Source: an uncultured Candidatus Rokubacteria bacterium (lineage in GTDB: Bacteria > Methylomirabilota > Methylomirabilia > Rokubacteriales > DASRDR01). Taken from it: a stretch of DNA of 64,000 nt. The notes under the pieces are model-generated. The model was given only the letters and a program-made list of their open reading frames with translations, was not told where the DNA came from and ran no database searches. A program made the position numbers and the translations under genes. Shown one piece after another: positions 19,800 through 31,339 of the stretch (position 1 is the first letter of the stretch; every line of letters starts with the position of its first letter). The stretch lies in NCBI GenBank assembly GCA_963805625.1, contig CAWDVE010000010.1:384001-448000 (forward strand), written 5' to 3'.

Positions 19800-20533
19800 C
19801 GCCGATCCTCCTCGATCTCGTAGTCCAGCCGTCGCCGTGCCATCCAGCGCACGGCGAAGAGATCGGCGAGCCCTGCCCAGAGGCGGCCCCAGTTCCCGTA
19901 CTTCGAGACGCCGGCTCGTCGGGGCCGGTGGGATACGGGCACTTCCGTCACCCGCATGCCCTCCATCTGCAGGAGCGCGGGCAGGAACCGGTGCATGCCC
20001 CGGTAGAGATGCAGACCCTGGACGGCCTCGCGCCGGAACGCCTTGAGCGTGCACCCTGTGTCGTGGACCCCGTCGTGAGTGAACCGATCCCGCACCCTGT
20101 TGGCGACGCGCGAGGCGATCCGCTTGGTCCAGGGATCGCGCCGATCGACGCGCCAGCCGCAGACGGCATCCTGGCCGGGGAGGGCGGCGAGAAGCTTCGG
20201 AATGTCGTGGGGGTCGTTCTGGAGGTCGGCGTCCATGGTGACGACGACCGCTCCGCGGGCACCCTGGAAGCCGGCGTGGAGGGCCGCGGTCTGCCCTGCG
20301 TTCGTGCGGAAGCGAAGGACGCGGACCCTGGGATCCGCGTCGGCCAGCCGGCGGAGCACGTCGCCAGTGCCGTCGGTGGAGCCGTCGTCCACGAACAAGA
20401 TCTCGAAGGGCTGGCCATGGCCTTCGAGGACATCGGCCAGCTCCCGACAGCAGGCCTCGACGTTGGCCTGCTCGTTGTAGGCGGGGATGACCACGGTGAG
20501 CGCGGGCGATGCCCGGGACGGCACCTCCGCCAT
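19796..20533 (-). CDS. Glycosyltransferase family 2 (polyprenyl-phosphate sugar synthase, ArnC/DPM1-like)
   Basis: 'VVIPAYNE', 'VDDGSTDGT', 'MDADLQNDP', 'DTGCTLKAFRR', 'GMHRFLP', 'HRPRRAGVSKY'. Confidence 0.93.
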   Translation of the reverse strand: MAEVPSRASPALTVVIPAYNEQANVEACCRELADVLEGHGQPFEILFVDDGSTDGTGDVLRRLADADPRVRVLRFRTNAGQTAALHAGFQGARGAVVVTMDADLQNDPHDIPKLLAALPGQDAVCGWRVDRRDPWTKRIASRVANRVRDRFTHDGVHDTGCTLKAFRREAVQGLHLYRGMHRFLPALLQMEGMRVTEVPVSHRPRRAGVSKYGNWGRLWAGLADLFAVRWMARRRLDYEIEEDRR

Positions 20534-20552
20534 GCCTGGTCTCTCCCTCCTT

Positions 20553-22082
20553 TCAGTACCGGATCCGGCCGGCCGGCATCGGTGTTCCGCGGAAGCCGTA
20601 CGCGCGGTGGAGACTGAACATGCGAATCATCCGCTCCCCTTGCGTGATCCGCAGCACGATCGGGGGGTCGACGCGGACGAACGCGGCGCGGACGCGCCTG
20701 TCGAGGCCATTGGCGCCTTCCTCCACGTACACCGCGTCCCAACCCAGGCGGGAGTCGGGGCCCTCCCAGAAGTCGTACTGATTCAGCCGACGGCCCAGGT
20801 TGAAATTATACGCGGGAGGCCGTCCCGGCACGTAGAAGGCGAGCTCGCTGGTGACCTGGTAGCGGTTGGACACCAGGAAGGTGCGCTGCGGATCCGGCAT
20901 CCGTTCTACGGTCATCCCCACCGCGCGCCCGAGCTCGCCCCAGCCGCGGAGCCGTGTCGTGGGATCGAGCCCGCGCGGCAGATCCAGGCGGCCGATGACG
21001 TGGCCAATCGCGCAGAAGCTCAGGGCCACCACGCTCGCGATGACCAGGAGCCGGGTCTGGGCTCGGCGCGGCGCCGCCGCCAGCCCGGCCCGGCGCTCGA
21101 GAAGGAAGCCGGCGGTCGCGAGGGCGAGAGGCGGATACGCGGCGGCCGCCCAGTTCGCCTGGACCTTGCCCTGCAGCCCGACCACGAGATATGTCCCCAG
21201 CACAGGCGCCGCGAAAGCGAGCAGGAACCGGTAGGGCTCCCGGCGGCGTACGAAGCCTTCGCGCACGCCGACCCAGAGACCCCACCCGAGGAGCGCCGCG
21301 ATGACCGGCGTGAGCACCAAGATCTGGGACCCCAGGAACTCCGCGAGGTGCTCGAGCGTGAAGCCTCCACCCCGCCCCTGGCTGGCCACGTGCCGGGCCG
21401 TGACCCAGCCCGTCCGCGCGTTCCAGATCAGCACCGGCGCGAGGGCCACCAGCGCGGTCAGAAGCGCCAGGGCCGGCCCCTGCGACCGAAACGAAGACCG
21501 GCGCTCCGGCGCAAGCCAGAGGTAGAGCGCCAGACCGGGCAGGACGAAGAGCATCGTGTACTTTGCGAGACTCCCCACCCCCACCGCGAGCCCCAGGAGG
21601 AGCCACGCCACGGCCCCTCCTCCGGCGAGAGCCCGTTGAGCCGCCCACAATGCGAGGGTCCAGGCGACGACGAACGGCGAGTCGATGGTCGTGAGGAGGC
21701 TGCCCGCCCACACGAGGGGCGTGAGCTGGAGTCCGGTCACGGCGAGCGCTCCGGGCTCGGGCTGCCCGAACAGCTCACGGCCGAGTCGGTAGATCGCCCA
21801 CGCGCCGACGAGGCTCAGGCCGACGGCGCCGAGGCGGATGCCGAACGCGGACGTTCCGAACACGGTCGTGAGCCCTGCGATGAGGTACGCGATGAGAGGG
21901 CCCTTCGAGTAGTACGAGAGATCGAGCCGGCGCGACCATTCCCAGTAGTGCGCCTCGTCCGGCGAGAGGTCGAGGCCGCCCCACGCCAGGAAAGCAAGCC
22001 TGAGTCCCGTCAGGATGACCAAGACGGCAGCGACCAGGAGCCCCACGCGGCTCCACGACGGCACGGGGCTGGGCTCGTTCAA
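20553..22082 (-). CDS. GT-C membrane glycosyltransferase (GT39/ArnT-like)
   Basis: 'LSPDEAHYWEWSRRLDLSYYSKGPL', multiple TMs, 'LAKYT', 'PVLIWN'; probable TTG start 22082 overlapping the upstream TGA. Confidence 0.9.
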   Translation of the reverse strand: MNEPSPVPSWSRVGLLVAAVLVILTGLRLAFLAWGGLDLSPDEAHYWEWSRRLDLSYYSKGPLIAYLIAGLTTVFGTSAFGIRLGAVGLSLVGAWAIYRLGRELFGQPEPGALAVTGLQLTPLVWAGSLLTTIDSPFVVAWTLALWAAQRALAGGGAVAWLLLGLAVGVGSLAKYTMLFVLPGLALYLWLAPERRSSFRSQGPALALLTALVALAPVLIWNARTGWVTARHVASQGRGGGFTLEHLAEFLGSQILVLTPVIAALLGWGLWVGVREGFVRRREPYRFLLAFAAPVLGTYLVVGLQGKVQANWAAAAYPPLALATAGFLLERRAGLAAAPRRAQTRLLVIASVVALSFCAIGHVIGRLDLPRGLDPTTRLRGWGELGRAVGMTVERMPDPQRTFLVSNRYQVTSELAFYVPGRPPAYNFNLGRRLNQYDFWEGPDSRLGWDAVYVEEGANGLDRRVRAAFVRVDPPIVLRITQGERMIRMFSLHRAYGFRGTPMPAGRIRY

Positions 22083-23293
22083 CCGCGGACGTATACGGGG
22101 TTCGAGAAGATCCATGGCCGATACGCCACGCCGCCGATGGGAAACAGATCGACACGCAGGTCGACCTCGACGCGGTACACGCCGGGTCCAGGGAGCGGGA
22201 TGCGGAGAAGCGTGTCGGCCGGCGCCTCGTGGAAAATCGCGCCGTCACGCAGAAGTCGAACCATCGCGTCGCCGACGGGCGGGATCTCGATGAGGGCGGC
22301 CTGCCCGGGCCTGAAGGGTACCGTCGCGCCCATGAGCGCCCGGTCCTCGCCGAGCCGGACCTCGAACCGGAAACCCTCGGCCGGCGCGAAGCCGTCGAAG
22401 GCGTTGTAGAAGCGCCCCGCCCGCATGGCGCGGTAGACGCGCAGACGGTCCGCCGCGTCGCGGCGCAGCGGCTCGGCAGTGACGAAGTGGAGCCGTCCCA
22501 GCCGAAACGCGGTCTCGTGCGACGGGACCACCAAGTCGGTCTCCTCCGTCAGCGCGATGCCCCCGTGGGCATCCAGGGCGAGGACGCCCAGCGTCGGGCT
22601 CTTCTGGCTCATGCCGTCCCACCGGGCGAGTACCGCCCGCGGCCAGTGGATCCAGGACAGGACTGCCATGACCGGGTTGGCGGGATAGGCAGCCAGACCC
22701 ATGACCTTCCGGCCGAAGGGGACCGCCATCAGCTGGTCGAAGACATCGATGACCTCGAGGCCATCGATCTCCGGCACGGAATGGCGCCACCGGAGCCGGG
22801 GGTGCTCGGGATGCGCGAGGAGGACGATGGCCCCGGCCTCCCGGTAGCCGCGGACCAGCTCGTCGAGCGCGAATCCACGAGCACGCGTCGGCAGGTCCGA
22901 GCGCGGGTCGAGGACCAGGAGATACCCGGAGCCCGTCGTGATCTCGGCTCCGACGAGGACCAGCACTTCTCCGTGCCACCCCTCCTTGTCGTCGGCCAGG
23001 GGCGCGAGGGTGTTGTGGTCGGTGAGGAAGACCACGCGGACGCCGGCCCGGCTCGCCGCGGCCGCCACCTCCTCGACGCTGCCCCGGCCGTCGTGGGAAT
23101 AGCTCGAGTGCACGTGGAGGACTGCGGTGTACTCGGACAGGTCGGAGGCCGGCGGCCAGCCGGGACGCGCCACCAGGGGTTCCAGGGACGCGACGGCACC
23201 GTAGCCGACACCGAGCCCGAGGACCAGGAGGATGGCAAGCACCCCCCAGAGGCGACGCCACCGTCGCCGACGCGGCTCAGCGGGCGCCGGCAT
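22079..23293 (-). CDS. Membrane-anchored PHP-domain metallohydrolase (CehA/McbA-like)
   Basis: N-terminal TM; PHP motifs 'LHVHSSYSHDG', 'TDHN', 'GAE', 'AHP', 'DAHG'; C-terminal 'YRVE..WIFSNPVY'. Confidence 0.85.
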   Translation of the reverse strand: MPAPAEPRRRRWRRLWGVLAILLVLGLGVGYGAVASLEPLVARPGWPPASDLSEYTAVLHVHSSYSHDGRGSVEEVAAAASRAGVRVVFLTDHNTLAPLADDKEGWHGEVLVLVGAEITTGSGYLLVLDPRSDLPTRARGFALDELVRGYREAGAIVLLAHPEHPRLRWRHSVPEIDGLEVIDVFDQLMAVPFGRKVMGLAAYPANPVMAVLSWIHWPRAVLARWDGMSQKSPTLGVLALDAHGGIALTEETDLVVPSHETAFRLGRLHFVTAEPLRRDAADRLRVYRAMRAGRFYNAFDGFAPAEGFRFEVRLGEDRALMGATVPFRPGQAALIEIPPVGDAMVRLLRDGAIFHEAPADTLLRIPLPGPGVYRVEVDLRVDLFPIGGVAYRPWIFSNPVYVRG

Positions 23294-23317
23294 CCAGCGC
23301 GGCGAGGAGCACCCGGT

Positions 23318-25767
<2,450 letters not shown>

Positions 25768-25831
25768 CTGGCCCTCCTGAATGGCCTGCCGTGCGGTCGG
25801 GTGCGCTGGGGAGCGAGCCCGCAACCGGGTC

Positions 25832-25860
25832 ACTTTAGCATGGGCCGCTACGCCTCTCAA
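25832..25860 (-). promoter_or_regulatory. sigma70 promoter of metK-ahcY
   Basis: TTGAGA (25860-55), N17, TAAAGT (25837-32) with TG extension. Confidence 0.6.
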
Positions 25861-25943
25861 GGCGCGGACACCATTTTCGCGGCCTGGCGAAGGCCAGGGC
25901 GCGCCGATTCAGGCCGCGCACCGCCCGTGCCGTTGCCGGACGG

Positions 25944-26324
25944 TCAGGGCCGGCTCGTGCCCTCGCGGCCGTACAGGTCCCGGAGGCGCACGACGTCGTC
26001 GAGCTCGGGCGTGGAGACCTCGAGGACATCCGAGTCCTCGATCGCCTCGATCGTGTGGATCTCGCCGGGTCGGTTCCGCCAGGCGTGTCCCTCCACGATC
26101 TCGGTGCTCGTGAGGCGATCCTCGCTGGGGCCCTTGGTCAAGAGGAGCCGGCCGCGCAAGAGGTAGCTCGCCTCGTCCTTCTCGCGGTGGTACTGGAGCG
26201 ACAGCCGGTGCCCGTGGCGGACGTGCAGAATCTTGCCGACGTAGCGGTCCGTCCACGCATACCAGATCTCGTAGCCCCAGGGCTTGTCGATCCGCACCGG
26301 CAGGCGGTCGGGGGAGACGTCCAC
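25944..26324 (-). CDS. Cupin protein (mannose-6-phosphate isomerase C-terminal-like)
   Basis: 'KPWGYE', 'LSLQYHREKDE', 'PGEIHTIEA', 'EVSTPELDDVVRL'. Confidence 0.88.
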   Translation of the reverse strand: MDVSPDRLPVRIDKPWGYEIWYAWTDRYVGKILHVRHGHRLSLQYHREKDEASYLLRGRLLLTKGPSEDRLTSTEIVEGHAWRNRPGEIHTIEAIEDSDVLEVSTPELDDVVRLRDLYGREGTSRP

Positions 26325-26349
26325 GCTCGGTTTCTCTGGCCCGCGGGCG

Positions 26350-27204
26350 TCAGCCCGCGCGCTCCACGTCCCGGTGCGTCACGTTGACCGGGATGTCGTG
26401 GGTCTCCACGAATCCCCGCAGCTCCTCCACCAGAGCGACCGAGCGGTGACGGCCTCCCGTGCACCCGATGGCCACAGTGAGGTAGGCCTTGCCCTCCTTC
26501 TGGTAGCGCGGCAGCAGGTATCCGAGGAACTCGCGGAGCCGCGTGATCAGCTCGCGGCCCTCGGGCTGGTCGATCACGAACTGCCGGACGCTGGTCGCCC
26601 GCCCGTCTTGCGCCTTCAGGGTCTCGATGAAGAAGGGATTGGGGAGGAACCGGCAGTCGAAGACGAGATCCGCCTCGTAGGGCACGCCGAACTTGTAGCC
26701 GAACGACAGCAGGTTGACGCTCAGCCCCGGCGCGGCCGCCTCGCCGTACAGCTCGACCAGGCGCTGCCGGAGCTCGTGGACCGTGATCTGGGAGGTGTCG
26801 ATCACGCGGTCGGCCAGCTCTCGCAGGTTCGCCAGGAGCTTGCGCTCCTCACGGATGCCGTCCAGCAGCGACCCCGACGACACCGGGTGGCGACGTCGGG
26901 TCTCGTGGTACCGTCGCACGAGGGCCTCCTCCGAGGCCTCGAGAAAGAGCACCTCCGTGAGATACCCGGCGCCGCGGAGCTCACCCAGCACCTCGACGAC
27001 CGAGTGGAGGTACTCGCGCTCCCGGATGTCGACGCCAAGCGCGATGCGGCCGATGCGGCGTGTCGAGTGCGCACACAGCTCGGCGAACGTCGGGATCAGC
27101 GTGGTTGGCAGGTTGTCCACGCAGTAGTAGCCCATGTCCTCGAAACACTTGATGGTCCAGCTTTTTCCGGCCCCGGACAGGCCGGTAATGATGATGAGGC
27201 GCAG
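26350..27204 (-). CDS. rapZ: RNase adapter RapZ/YvcJ P-loop protein
   Basis: 'TGLSGAGKS', 'DNLP', 'ETRRRHP', 'SFGYKFG', 'DCRFLPNP', 'GCTGGRHRSV'; start uncertain (CTG 27204 or TTG 27258). Confidence 0.95.
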   Translation of the reverse strand: MRLIIITGLSGAGKSWTIKCFEDMGYYCVDNLPTTLIPTFAELCAHSTRRIGRIALGVDIREREYLHSVVEVLGELRGAGYLTEVLFLEASEEALVRRYHETRRRHPVSSGSLLDGIREERKLLANLRELADRVIDTSQITVHELRQRLVELYGEAAAPGLSVNLLSFGYKFGVPYEADLVFDCRFLPNPFFIETLKAQDGRATSVRQFVIDQPEGRELITRLREFLGYLLPRYQKEGKAYLTVAIGCTGGRHRSVALVEELRGFVETHDIPVNVTHRDVERAG

Positions 27205-27238
27205 CCGGTCACCCTGCTCCGTCTCGGCGAGAAGCGCC

Positions 27239-27787
27239 CTAGCCGGCGGGCTCGACAAGCTCCACCGTTCTGTCGGGGCGTCGCCGCAGGACGTTGACGG
27301 CGCCCGTCCGCGCGTTCCGGAAGACCAGCAGGCCGTCGGTCTTCAGGCGCAGCTGGTCGACCGCCTCCTCGAGCGACATCGGCTTCGCGTTGGTCCGCCG
27401 GATCACCATCGGTGGCTCCGACGGCGCCTCGTCGACCGGCTCCGGAGTGCTGCCGATCCCGGGTTGCGGCGCCAGGCGGCTTCGCGACGGCCGGGGCTTC
27501 TTGGCGGTGACGCGCTCCTTCTTCCGGCGGATCTGCGCGGACAGGGCGGCGAGCGCTTGGTCGACGGCCGCGTGGAAGCCGGGAGCCTCGCCCTCGACGT
27601 GGAACGTCGCGCGCTTCGCCTGGAGCGTGACCTCCGCGAGATGGCGATGGCGCTCGGTGGCCAGAACGACACGGGCCTCGATCAGCTTCGGGAAGAGGCG
27701 CTGCATCTTGGCGATCTTCGCCTCGATCCGGCGGCGGAGCTCCGGAGAGACGCTCACGCCGCCGCGTCCCGCCAGATGGAGGACCAT
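27239..27787 (-). CDS. hpf: Ribosome hibernation promoting factor (long HPF)
   Basis: RaiA-like N-domain plus C-terminal 'KPMSLEEAVDQL..VFRN..NVL'; directly downstream of rpoN. Confidence 0.9.
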   Translation of the reverse strand: MVLHLAGRGGVSVSPELRRRIEAKIAKMQRLFPKLIEARVVLATERHRHLAEVTLQAKRATFHVEGEAPGFHAAVDQALAALSAQIRRKKERVTAKKPRPSRSRLAPQPGIGSTPEPVDEAPSEPPMVIRRTNAKPMSLEEAVDQLRLKTDGLLVFRNARTGAVNVLRRRPDRTVELVEPAG

Positions 27788-27793
27788 GCTCGG

Positions 27794-29257
27794 TCAGGTG
27801 CGCTTGCGCACGGCGAGCCGGCGCTGGTGCGAAGGGAGGATGCCGAGCTCCTCGCGGTACTTCGCAACGGTTCGGCGCGCAATCGTCAGGCCCTCCTCGC
27901 GAAGCGCGCGGGTGATGTCCTGGTCGGACAGGGGTTTTGCCAGCTCCTCCTTCGCCACCAGATCCTCGATCATCTTCTTGACGCTGACGGAGGAGATCTC
28001 GTCCCCCTGGGCCTTGGCGATCCCGCTATGGAAGAAGAACTTGAGCGGCAGGACCCCCTGCGGGGTCTCCACGAACTTGCTCGTCGTCACACGGCTAACC
28101 GTCGACTCGTGCATACGGATGTCCTCGGCCACGTCACGGAGGGACAGCGGCCGGAGGTGCGGGAGCCCCTTGTCCAGGAACGCGCGCTGGAACTGGACGA
28201 TGGAGTTTGTGACCTTGTAGAGGGTCTTCTGGCGCTGCTGGATGCTCTTGATCAGCCAGAGGGCGGACCGCATGCGGTCCTCGACGTAGCGCCGCGCCTC
28301 GTCCCCCTGCCCGATGACGTTTCGGTAGTACGAGTTGACCCGGAGTCTCGGCATGCCATCTTCGTTGAGGATGATGGCGTAGTCGTCCCCGACCTTCTTC
28401 ACCAGGACGTCCGGCACGACGTACCGGGTCTCGACCGACGCGAAGCGGCGCCCGGGCTTCGGTTCCAGCGTCGCGATCTCGTGCACGGCCTCGATCACGC
28501 GCTCCTGATCCACCTTCAGCGCCCGGGCGATCTCGGGATACTTGCAGCGCTGGAGCGCTTCGAAGTGCTGGTCGAGGATCTCGACGGCCAGCGGGCTCGC
28601 GATCGGCGAGCGGCTCGCATCGCGAAGCTGGATGAGCAGGCACTCGCGGAGGTCCCGCGCACCCACGCCGATGGGATCGAACCCTTGCACCAGGGTAAGC
28701 GCCTGCTGGACCACCGGGAGCGGAAGGCTTCGCTTCTCCGCGATCTCCTCGATCGTCGCCCGCAGGTAGCCGTCCTCGTCGAGGTTGCCGATGATCTCTT
28801 CGGCGGCGACGCGGACCTCGGGCTCGACGACCGTCAGGCGGAGCTGCTCGTCCAAGTGGTCCGCCAGCGAGGTCGGGGTCCCGACGAAATTCTCGTACCG
28901 CGTCTCCTCGTGCTCCTCCTGCTGGACGAGGCTGCGTTCCTCCGGGGGCCCGAAGATCACCTCCGAGATGTCGAACGGGAGGTCCGGGGCCGCTTCGCCC
29001 GCCTCGGACGTCGCCATCTCGGGCGCCGCCTCAGCGCGCGGACCCTCGGGCACGGCCTCTCCTTGACCTTCGCCCTCGGGGCCGGGCGCCTCGTCGGGCG
29101 GGGCCTCCTCGAGGAGGGGATTCTCTTCCAGCTCCTTCTGCAGGAGCTCCTGGAGCTCCACCGTGGAGAGCTGCAGGAGGTGGATCGCCTGCTGGAGCAT
29201 CGGCGTCATGACGAGACGCTGGGTCTGGCGGAGGCTGAGTCGGGCTTCCATGGCCAT
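27794..29257 (-). CDS. rpoN: RNA polymerase sigma-54 factor
   Basis: 'MTPMLQQAIHLLQLS', 'HESTVSR', RpoN box 'ARRTVAKYRE'. Confidence 0.98.
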   Translation of the reverse strand: MAMEARLSLRQTQRLVMTPMLQQAIHLLQLSTVELQELLQKELEENPLLEEAPPDEAPGPEGEGQGEAVPEGPRAEAAPEMATSEAGEAAPDLPFDISEVIFGPPEERSLVQQEEHEETRYENFVGTPTSLADHLDEQLRLTVVEPEVRVAAEEIIGNLDEDGYLRATIEEIAEKRSLPLPVVQQALTLVQGFDPIGVGARDLRECLLIQLRDASRSPIASPLAVEILDQHFEALQRCKYPEIARALKVDQERVIEAVHEIATLEPKPGRRFASVETRYVVPDVLVKKVGDDYAIILNEDGMPRLRVNSYYRNVIGQGDEARRYVEDRMRSALWLIKSIQQRQKTLYKVTNSIVQFQRAFLDKGLPHLRPLSLRDVAEDIRMHESTVSRVTTSKFVETPQGVLPLKFFFHSGIAKAQGDEISSVSVKKMIEDLVAKEELAKPLSDQDITRALREEGLTIARRTVAKYREELGILPSHQRRLAVRKRT

Positions 29258-29332
29258 CGGCAGGTGTCCTATCCGGCGGTCACGACGGCCGTGGGGGCGG
29301 CCCCTGCGGCGGCCGGCACGCCCCGCGGGAGG

Positions 29333-30052
29333 CTAGAGCGAGAACTTCTCACCGAGATATATCTCCCGCGCCTTCTCGTTGGTGGCCAGCTCGTGGGCCT
29401 TTCCGGACACCAGGATCTGGCCGCCGTAGAGGATGTAGGACCGGTCGGTGATCGAGAGCGTCTCGCGGACGTTGTGGTCGGTGATCAGGACCCCGATCCC
29501 CTTCTCCTTGAGCCGAGCCACGATGCTCTGGATCTCGGCGATCGCGATCGGGTCGATTCCCGTGAACGGCTCGTCCAGCAGGATGTAGTTGGGGGCGGTG
29601 ATGAGACACCGCGTGATCTCGAGGCGACGCCGCTCGCCGCCGGACAGCGTGAAGGCTCGCTGCTTGGCCAGGTGCTCGAGGCTCAGTTCCCGGAGCAGGC
29701 TGTAGAGTCGCTCCTGGCGCTCTCGGGGATTGAGGTCGATCGTCTCGAGGATCGCCAGCAGATTCTCCTCGACCGTCAGCTTCTTGAAGACGGAGGATTC
29801 CTGCGGCAGGTAGCCGATGCCTTGGCGGCACCGACGGTACATGGGCAGGTCGGTGATGTCCCGACCGTCCAGGAGGATGCGGCCCCGGTCCGGCGTGAGC
29901 AAGCCGACGACCATGTAGAACGTCGTCGTCTTCCCCGCCCCGTTCGGACCGAGGAGGCCGACCACCTCGCCGCGATCGATGCTGACGTTCACGTCATTCA
30001 CGACCTTCCGGTGTCGAAACGCCTTCACGAGGCCGTGCGCCTCGAGACCCAT
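29333..30052 (-). CDS. lptB: LPS export ABC transporter ATP-binding protein
   Basis: 'GPNGAGKTT', 'YLPQESS', 'LSGGERRR', 'LLDEPF', 'TDHNVRE', 'YLGEKF'. Confidence 0.97.
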   Translation of the reverse strand: MGLEAHGLVKAFRHRKVVNDVNVSIDRGEVVGLLGPNGAGKTTTFYMVVGLLTPDRGRILLDGRDITDLPMYRRCRQGIGYLPQESSVFKKLTVEENLLAILETIDLNPRERQERLYSLLRELSLEHLAKQRAFTLSGGERRRLEITRCLITAPNYILLDEPFTGIDPIAIAEIQSIVARLKEKGIGVLITDHNVRETLSITDRSYILYGGQILVSGKAHELATNEKAREIYLGEKFSL

Positions 30053-30068
30053 CCAGCCCGTGACCTGC

Positions 30069-30713
30069 CTATCCGCAACCGCCCGGGCGCTTCTCGTCTT
30101 TCTTGCCCGCGGGCGTCGCGGCTCCTCCTGTCTTCTCCTCGTCCCGCTTCGGGTAGAAGACAGACTTGACGCGGCCCTGGGGGCCGGACCGCACCGTGCT
30201 GCGGTCGTCAGCCAGGAACATCTCGATCTCCTCGCCGGTCACCACGTTGTCCTCCTGCCACACCTTGGCGTCGCCGATGAGCAGGAGCTTCTGGTCGTCG
30301 TCGTAGTACTCCGCCCGCTTCGCGGTCCCCGTCCGGCAATCTTCCGTGACGATCCTGACGTTTCCCGTGGAGATGATGCGCAGCACCCGCTCGCCCTTGT
30401 CGTCGAGGTAGACCTCCATCCGTTCCGCGGTCTGGACGGAGTTCTCCTGCTTGGCGATCACGTTCCCGGTGAACACCACGAGGCCATCCTTCTTGGAGGC
30501 CTCCATCCGGTCTGCGTCGATGACGATGGGGGCGTTCGACCGGGGGCCGACCGACTTGTCGCCCGACTTCGCGGGCGCCGGTTTGGGTGCGGCGGCGGGG
30601 GGCCCGCTTCCGCTCCGGGGCGCGGGGGCGGGAGCCTTGGTCTGGGCGACCAGCGAGGACACGGCCGCGCCTAGCGCCACCAGCACGGTCAGGACGAGTA
30701 CTGCGCTCCTCAT
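30069..30713 (-). CDS. lptA: LPS transport periplasmic protein LptA
   Basis: Signal peptide plus OstA jellyroll 'IDADRME..FTGNV..TGNVRI..AEYY..GEEI..GRVKSVF'; ATG overlaps the lptC stop. Confidence 0.9.
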   Translation of the reverse strand: MRSAVLVLTVLVALGAAVSSLVAQTKAPAPAPRSGSGPPAAAPKPAPAKSGDKSVGPRSNAPIVIDADRMEASKKDGLVVFTGNVIAKQENSVQTAERMEVYLDDKGERVLRIISTGNVRIVTEDCRTGTAKRAEYYDDDQKLLLIGDAKVWQEDNVVTGEEIEMFLADDRSTVRSGPQGRVKSVFYPKRDEEKTGGAATPAGKKDEKRPGGCG

Positions 30714-31297
30714 GACTTGCTCCTCGGAAAGAGAGTGAGGTTCGACTTGGCACGGTCCGTGATCACGACCCGGACGTTCCGGCGGACGGCTGCGGTCTCC
30801 TCCTGCATGCGGACGACGAGCCCCATGCCGGTGATCGTCGTGCCCTCCCGGCTGATCTCCACGGTGTCCTCGGTGGCCAGGGTCCGCTGCTCGTTGTCCC
30901 AGCCCAGGGTGGCCGTCCGCATCTCGAGGCCGTCGCTCGACCGGATCCCCACGTTCCCCGTCAGGGTGACGTTCCGCCGGTTGTTGTCCAGCGTCCCCTC
31001 GTCGCTCGTGACGGTCCAGTCTCCGTCTCGGGAGAACACCTGGATCACGACCTGCCGCATCACCGTGATCCCCTTCTGGTCGTAAACCTCTGCCTGGTCG
31101 GCGTTGAGTGTCCATCGGAGGTTTCCATCCAGGGTCTCGTTGATGTGGACGTCCTTGATCTGGTACTCGGCCTGCTGAGGAGGCTGCTGGACCGGTGCCG
31201 GCGCCCGGCGGCCGACGACCTTCCAGGCAACGACCCCCGACAGGCCGGCGAGCACGGCCAGGAAGCACACCAGGAAGAGTGTCGACAGGCGGCGCAT
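30710..31297 (-). CDS. lptC: LPS export periplasmic protein LptC
   Basis: Single N-terminal TM plus jellyroll 'WTLNADQA..LTGNV..TLGWD..TITGMG'; lptCAB context. Confidence 0.88.
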   Translation of the reverse strand: MRRLSTLFLVCFLAVLAGLSGVVAWKVVGRRAPAPVQQPPQQAEYQIKDVHINETLDGNLRWTLNADQAEVYDQKGITVMRQVVIQVFSRDGDWTVTSDEGTLDNNRRNVTLTGNVGIRSSDGLEMRTATLGWDNEQRTLATEDTVEISREGTTITGMGLVVRMQEETAAVRRNVRVVITDRAKSNLTLFPRSKS

Positions 31298-31339
31298 TTT
31301 GATGACCGTCAGTGTGCTGGATACCCGAGCACGGCGCCC

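Noticed and set aside
25878-25918. Hairpins between the cupin gene and the metK promoter as a terminator
   Set aside because: Followed by an A-tract rather than a U-tract on the coding strand; short GC stems are likely by chance
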